DNA of 64,000 nucleotides from an uncultured Chthonomonadaceae bacterium (GTDB lineage: Bacteria > Armatimonadota > Chthonomonadetes > Chthonomonadales > Chthonomonadaceae): NCBI GenBank assembly GCA_963817895.1, contig CAWFQB010000010.1:150877-214876 (forward strand), read 5' to 3'. A program made the translations under genes and the position numbers. The notes beneath the pieces are model-generated. The model saw only the letters and a list, made by a program, of their open reading frames with translations. It was not told the origin of the DNA and ran no database searches. Shown here piece after piece: positions 61,250 to 64,000 of the stretch; position 1 is the stretch's first letter; every line of letters begins with the position of its first letter.

Positions 61250-61348
61250 ATGAACGTACTATTAGGCATGGCGCGGTATCTGGTGGCGGCGGGGTTTTTG
61301 CTGTTTATGGCGTTGTTGGTCGGGCTGATGCGCCGTGACCGCGAGTAA
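61250..61348 (+). CDS. 32-aa single-TM peptide resembling the FhaB N-terminal anchor
   Basis: MNVLLGMARYLVAAGFLLFMALLVGLMRRDRE; lies between fhaA and PP2C. Confidence 0.6.
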   Translation: MNVLLGMARYLVAAGFLLFMALLVGLMRRDRE

Positions 61349-61384
61349 TCAAATAGAACCTGAATTCTTCTGAGGCTGTTTTTT

Positions 61385-63119
61385 ATGGATACACAAATTG
61401 ATAATTCCCCCACTCAGGGCTTTCACCCGATTGCCGTTGGCTATAAGACTGATAAGGGGCGCAAGCGTTCCGGCAACGAGGACAGTTTCGCCGTGTTTTC
61501 CGGGGAGGAGATGGGCGAGTATATAGATGGCCTGTTTGTCGTTGCCGATGGCATGGGCGGCACGAAGGGCGGCGAAATCGCGTCCAATCTGGTCATCAAC
61601 AGCCTGCCGGAAGAGGCGCGAATCGGCGCGGCGGAGTTGACCGGCAAGGATTTACCGCAGGAAATCGCGCAACTGCTCAACAGCGGTCTACAGTACGCCA
61701 ACAGCGAAGTGTGGAATTACAAACAGCAGCACGACGGCTTTCAGGGCATGGGTACGACCTGCGTAGCGGCCATGATAACGCACGTTCGCAAGTCGTGGGG
61801 GGCGATGCAGGGCGGGCTTGTTCTTGCCAATGTGGGCGACAGCCGCGCATATCTGCTGCGGGGCGGCAAACTCAGCCAGATTACCGAAGACCATTCGGAA
61901 GTGTGGGAACAGGTCAAAGCGGGCAGAATGACGCCGGAACAGGCCGCGACAAGCCGCTTTCGCAACACCATCACGCGGGCTATGGGATTGCGCTCGACGG
62001 TTCAGCCTGACATCACGATTCGACTGCTGGAAGCGGGCGACGCGCTTCTGCTCTGTTCGGACGGCCTGACAACCGAAGTGGACGATGCCACAATCGCGCG
62101 TTTGCTGGCGGGCAGCCCCGACCCGCAAACCGCCTGCGACCGTCTGGTGGAGGCCGCGCTGGAAAACGGCGGCTCGGATAATGTCACCGTTGTCGCCCTG
62201 CACTACGGCGCGTTTACCCCATTGGAAACCGCGACGCCCGTTCAAAAATCGCCCTCGACTCCGTGGGAAACCGAAGAGGACGTTACCGATCCCAATCAGG
62301 CGTGGAAGCGCAGCCTGAGTTCCGGGCGCGAGTCAGAGCGCGAAGTCTGTACCCGAACGCGAAGACCGCTATGTTTCCCATGCGAACGACCGCTACAGCA
62401 GGGATGTCGCGACGCCCCGGCGCGGCGTATCCCCCGTCTTGTTCGGCCTGCTGTTGATTGCGGCCATTGCGGAAGGGGTTGGCCTGTATTTATTCTGGAG
62501 CGGCAAACTACAGCCGAAAACGCCCGCGCCCAAATCACCGCCGGTTGTCTACGAACCTACCTCAGTGTCTCTGGCCTATAAACAGCCGGTTATGCTGTAT
62601 TCGCGCTTACCGCTTTGGGAGGGCGCATTGCACGTCATGCCGGACGGCAGATTGCTTGTGGTCACGACAAAGGGGCAGGAACTCGCCATTTCACCGGGCG
62701 GCACTCCTACCGTTCTGGCGAATACTCTTGCCACGCCCCTGCCCCTGATGCCGACTATTTTGCGCAAGGATGGTTCTGTCAAAACCACACCCATTCTGCC
62801 CATGCTCGCCGTAGACGCAAGTGGCAACCGCTACGAATTCAACCCCATTTCGCGCGCCATTGACAAGTACGATCCGATGGGCGTGATGATGAAACCCGGC
62901 ATCGGGCAGGGCAGTTTGCAATCCCCTGTGAATCTAGCTGTGGACAAGTTCGGCAGTATCTACGTGATTGACGGCCACGCGCTCAAAAAGATTATCGCCA
63001 CTCCCGATACCGGGCCAGCAGCGACACAGCCCGACACAGCCGTTCCCCCGCAACCGCCAGCAGGCGGCAAAACACCCGACACAGTCAAACCGTCTGTCGG
63101 TGAGCCAACGCATGAGTAG
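61385..63119 (+). CDS. Stp1-type PP2C phosphatase with TM and extracellular domain (frameshift near 62345-62430)
   Basis: RSGNEDS, VADGMGG, MGTT, NVGDSRAY, LCSDGL, GGSDNVT; TM and NHL-like tail in ORF 62439-63119. Confidence 0.85.
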
Positions 63120-63158
63120 AAATACGCAGTATTGTTCGAGATCAAACCGGAGATAGCG

Positions 63159-63734
63159 ATGGCAGTTTCGCAAACGCTTCAAATTGCAAGACACACGGTT
63201 ACGGAAGAGGAATTCAAACGGCTGCCCTCGGATGGGCGGAAGTATGAACTTGTAGATGGGGAGGTACGCGAAGTGCCGGCCAGTGTCCGCCATGATCAGC
63301 TTGTGATTCGATTGGCTCGCCTGATGGGAACGGCTGCCGATCCCGTAGGAATTCTGGTTGGCTCACAGGCGGGCTTCCGCATGAGAAACGGCAATGTGCG
63401 GTGTCCCGACCTGAGTTTCATTCGCTATGAGCGCCTGCCCGGTGGCGAAGCGCCGGAAAACTTCGGCGATTTTGCGCCGGATTTGTGCGTTGGAGTGATC
63501 TCGCCATCCGAAGAACCGGCGGATATGCGGCGCAAACTACAAGAGTATTTCGACGCTGGGGCGCAGCAGGTATGGCACATGTTTCCCACCACACAGACAG
63601 TGAAAGTATTTACTTCGCCATCCGTTTTTGTGGAGTATGTTGTCGACATGGAGATTTACGCCGGATCGCTCCTGCCCGGTTTCCGAGCGCGCGTGTCAGA
63701 AATCTTTGCTGTCCAGAGAAGACCAACTTTGTAA
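63159..63734 (+). CDS. Uma2-family endonuclease
   Basis: YELVDGE, RCPDLSFI, APDLCVGVISPS, KLQEYFDAG, LLPGF. Confidence 0.9.
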   Translation: MAVSQTLQIARHTVTEEEFKRLPSDGRKYELVDGEVREVPASVRHDQLVIRLARLMGTAADPVGILVGSQAGFRMRNGNVRCPDLSFIRYERLPGGEAPENFGDFAPDLCVGVISPSEEPADMRRKLQEYFDAGAQQVWHMFPTTQTVKVFTSPSVFVEYVVDMEIYAGSLLPGFRARVSEIFAVQRRPTL

Positions 63735-63755
63735 ATTGTCGGAAGTGAAATTGCC

Positions 63756-63828
63756 ATGCCATTAGGATTGATAGGAAAATACGAGAAGCTGGACGTGCTG
63801 GGTTCGGGGTGTCGGGCATTGTTTATAC
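63756..63828 (+). pseudogene. 5' fragment of a Ser/Thr protein kinase gene
   Basis: MPLGLIGKYEKLDVLGSG[shift]VSGIVY matches subdomain I; similarity stops before the VAIK lysine. Confidence 0.6.
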
Positions 63829-63851
63829 TGTCGCCCTGTGGGAGAATTTCA

Positions 63852-64000
63852 ATGTTACCACAAATTTTAGAGGGACCATGGGAAGATATACGCGCGCATG
63901 ACGCGGAATTAATTGGGCATCAAGTACGCCTGACGATTTTAACAATAGAAAACTCACAGTTACATACCATTCCGCAAGGGCCTAATGAAGCAATGCTGGC
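63852..64000 (+). CDS. Small antitoxin-like hypothetical protein, truncated by the window edge
   Basis: GGAG RBS; MLPQILEGPWEDIRAHDAELIGHQVRLTIL... open to the end. Confidence 0.55.
   Translation, partial: MLPQILEGPWEDIRAHDAELIGHQVRLTILTIENSQLHTIPQGPNEAML

Noticed and set aside
441..63000. Many frameshifted genes read as mass pseudogenisation or programmed frameshifting
   Set aside because: Most are single-base indels, often in short homopolymers, in otherwise intact genes; typical of unpolished long-read assembly

Overview
Bacterial chromosomal window of moderately high GC. Armatimonadota-like origin is inferred, not proven, from the prepilin-N/H-X9-DG (DUF1559-type) gene, a PEP-CTERM protein, a Firmicutes-like recG-coaD-yceD-rpmF-plsX-fab cluster and an FhaA/PP2C/kinase locus. 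No rRNA, tRNA, CRISPR array, transposase or integrase was seen. Many genes are broken by single-base frameshifts, mostly in homopolymers, which points to long-read assembly error. Highlights: (1) a three-gene AAA_35 locus with two paralogous ATPase-TM-14xWD40 receptors and a nucleotide cyclase-TIR-ATPase effector; (2) many 7-9-nt tandem-repeat elements, found as intergenic inverted pairs and translated inside proteins, including different repeat families at the same site of two paralogues; (3) single accessory genes bracketed by a duplicated end of the neighbouring gene, with no recombinase; (4) a candidate ~100-nt sRNA behind four Pho-box-like repeats; (5) two tandem Cys-rich small peptides with a shared N-terminus after fabF; (6) an in-frame amber codon in a PEP-CTERM metalloprotease; (7) an FhaB-like gene reduced to a 32-aa membrane anchor.
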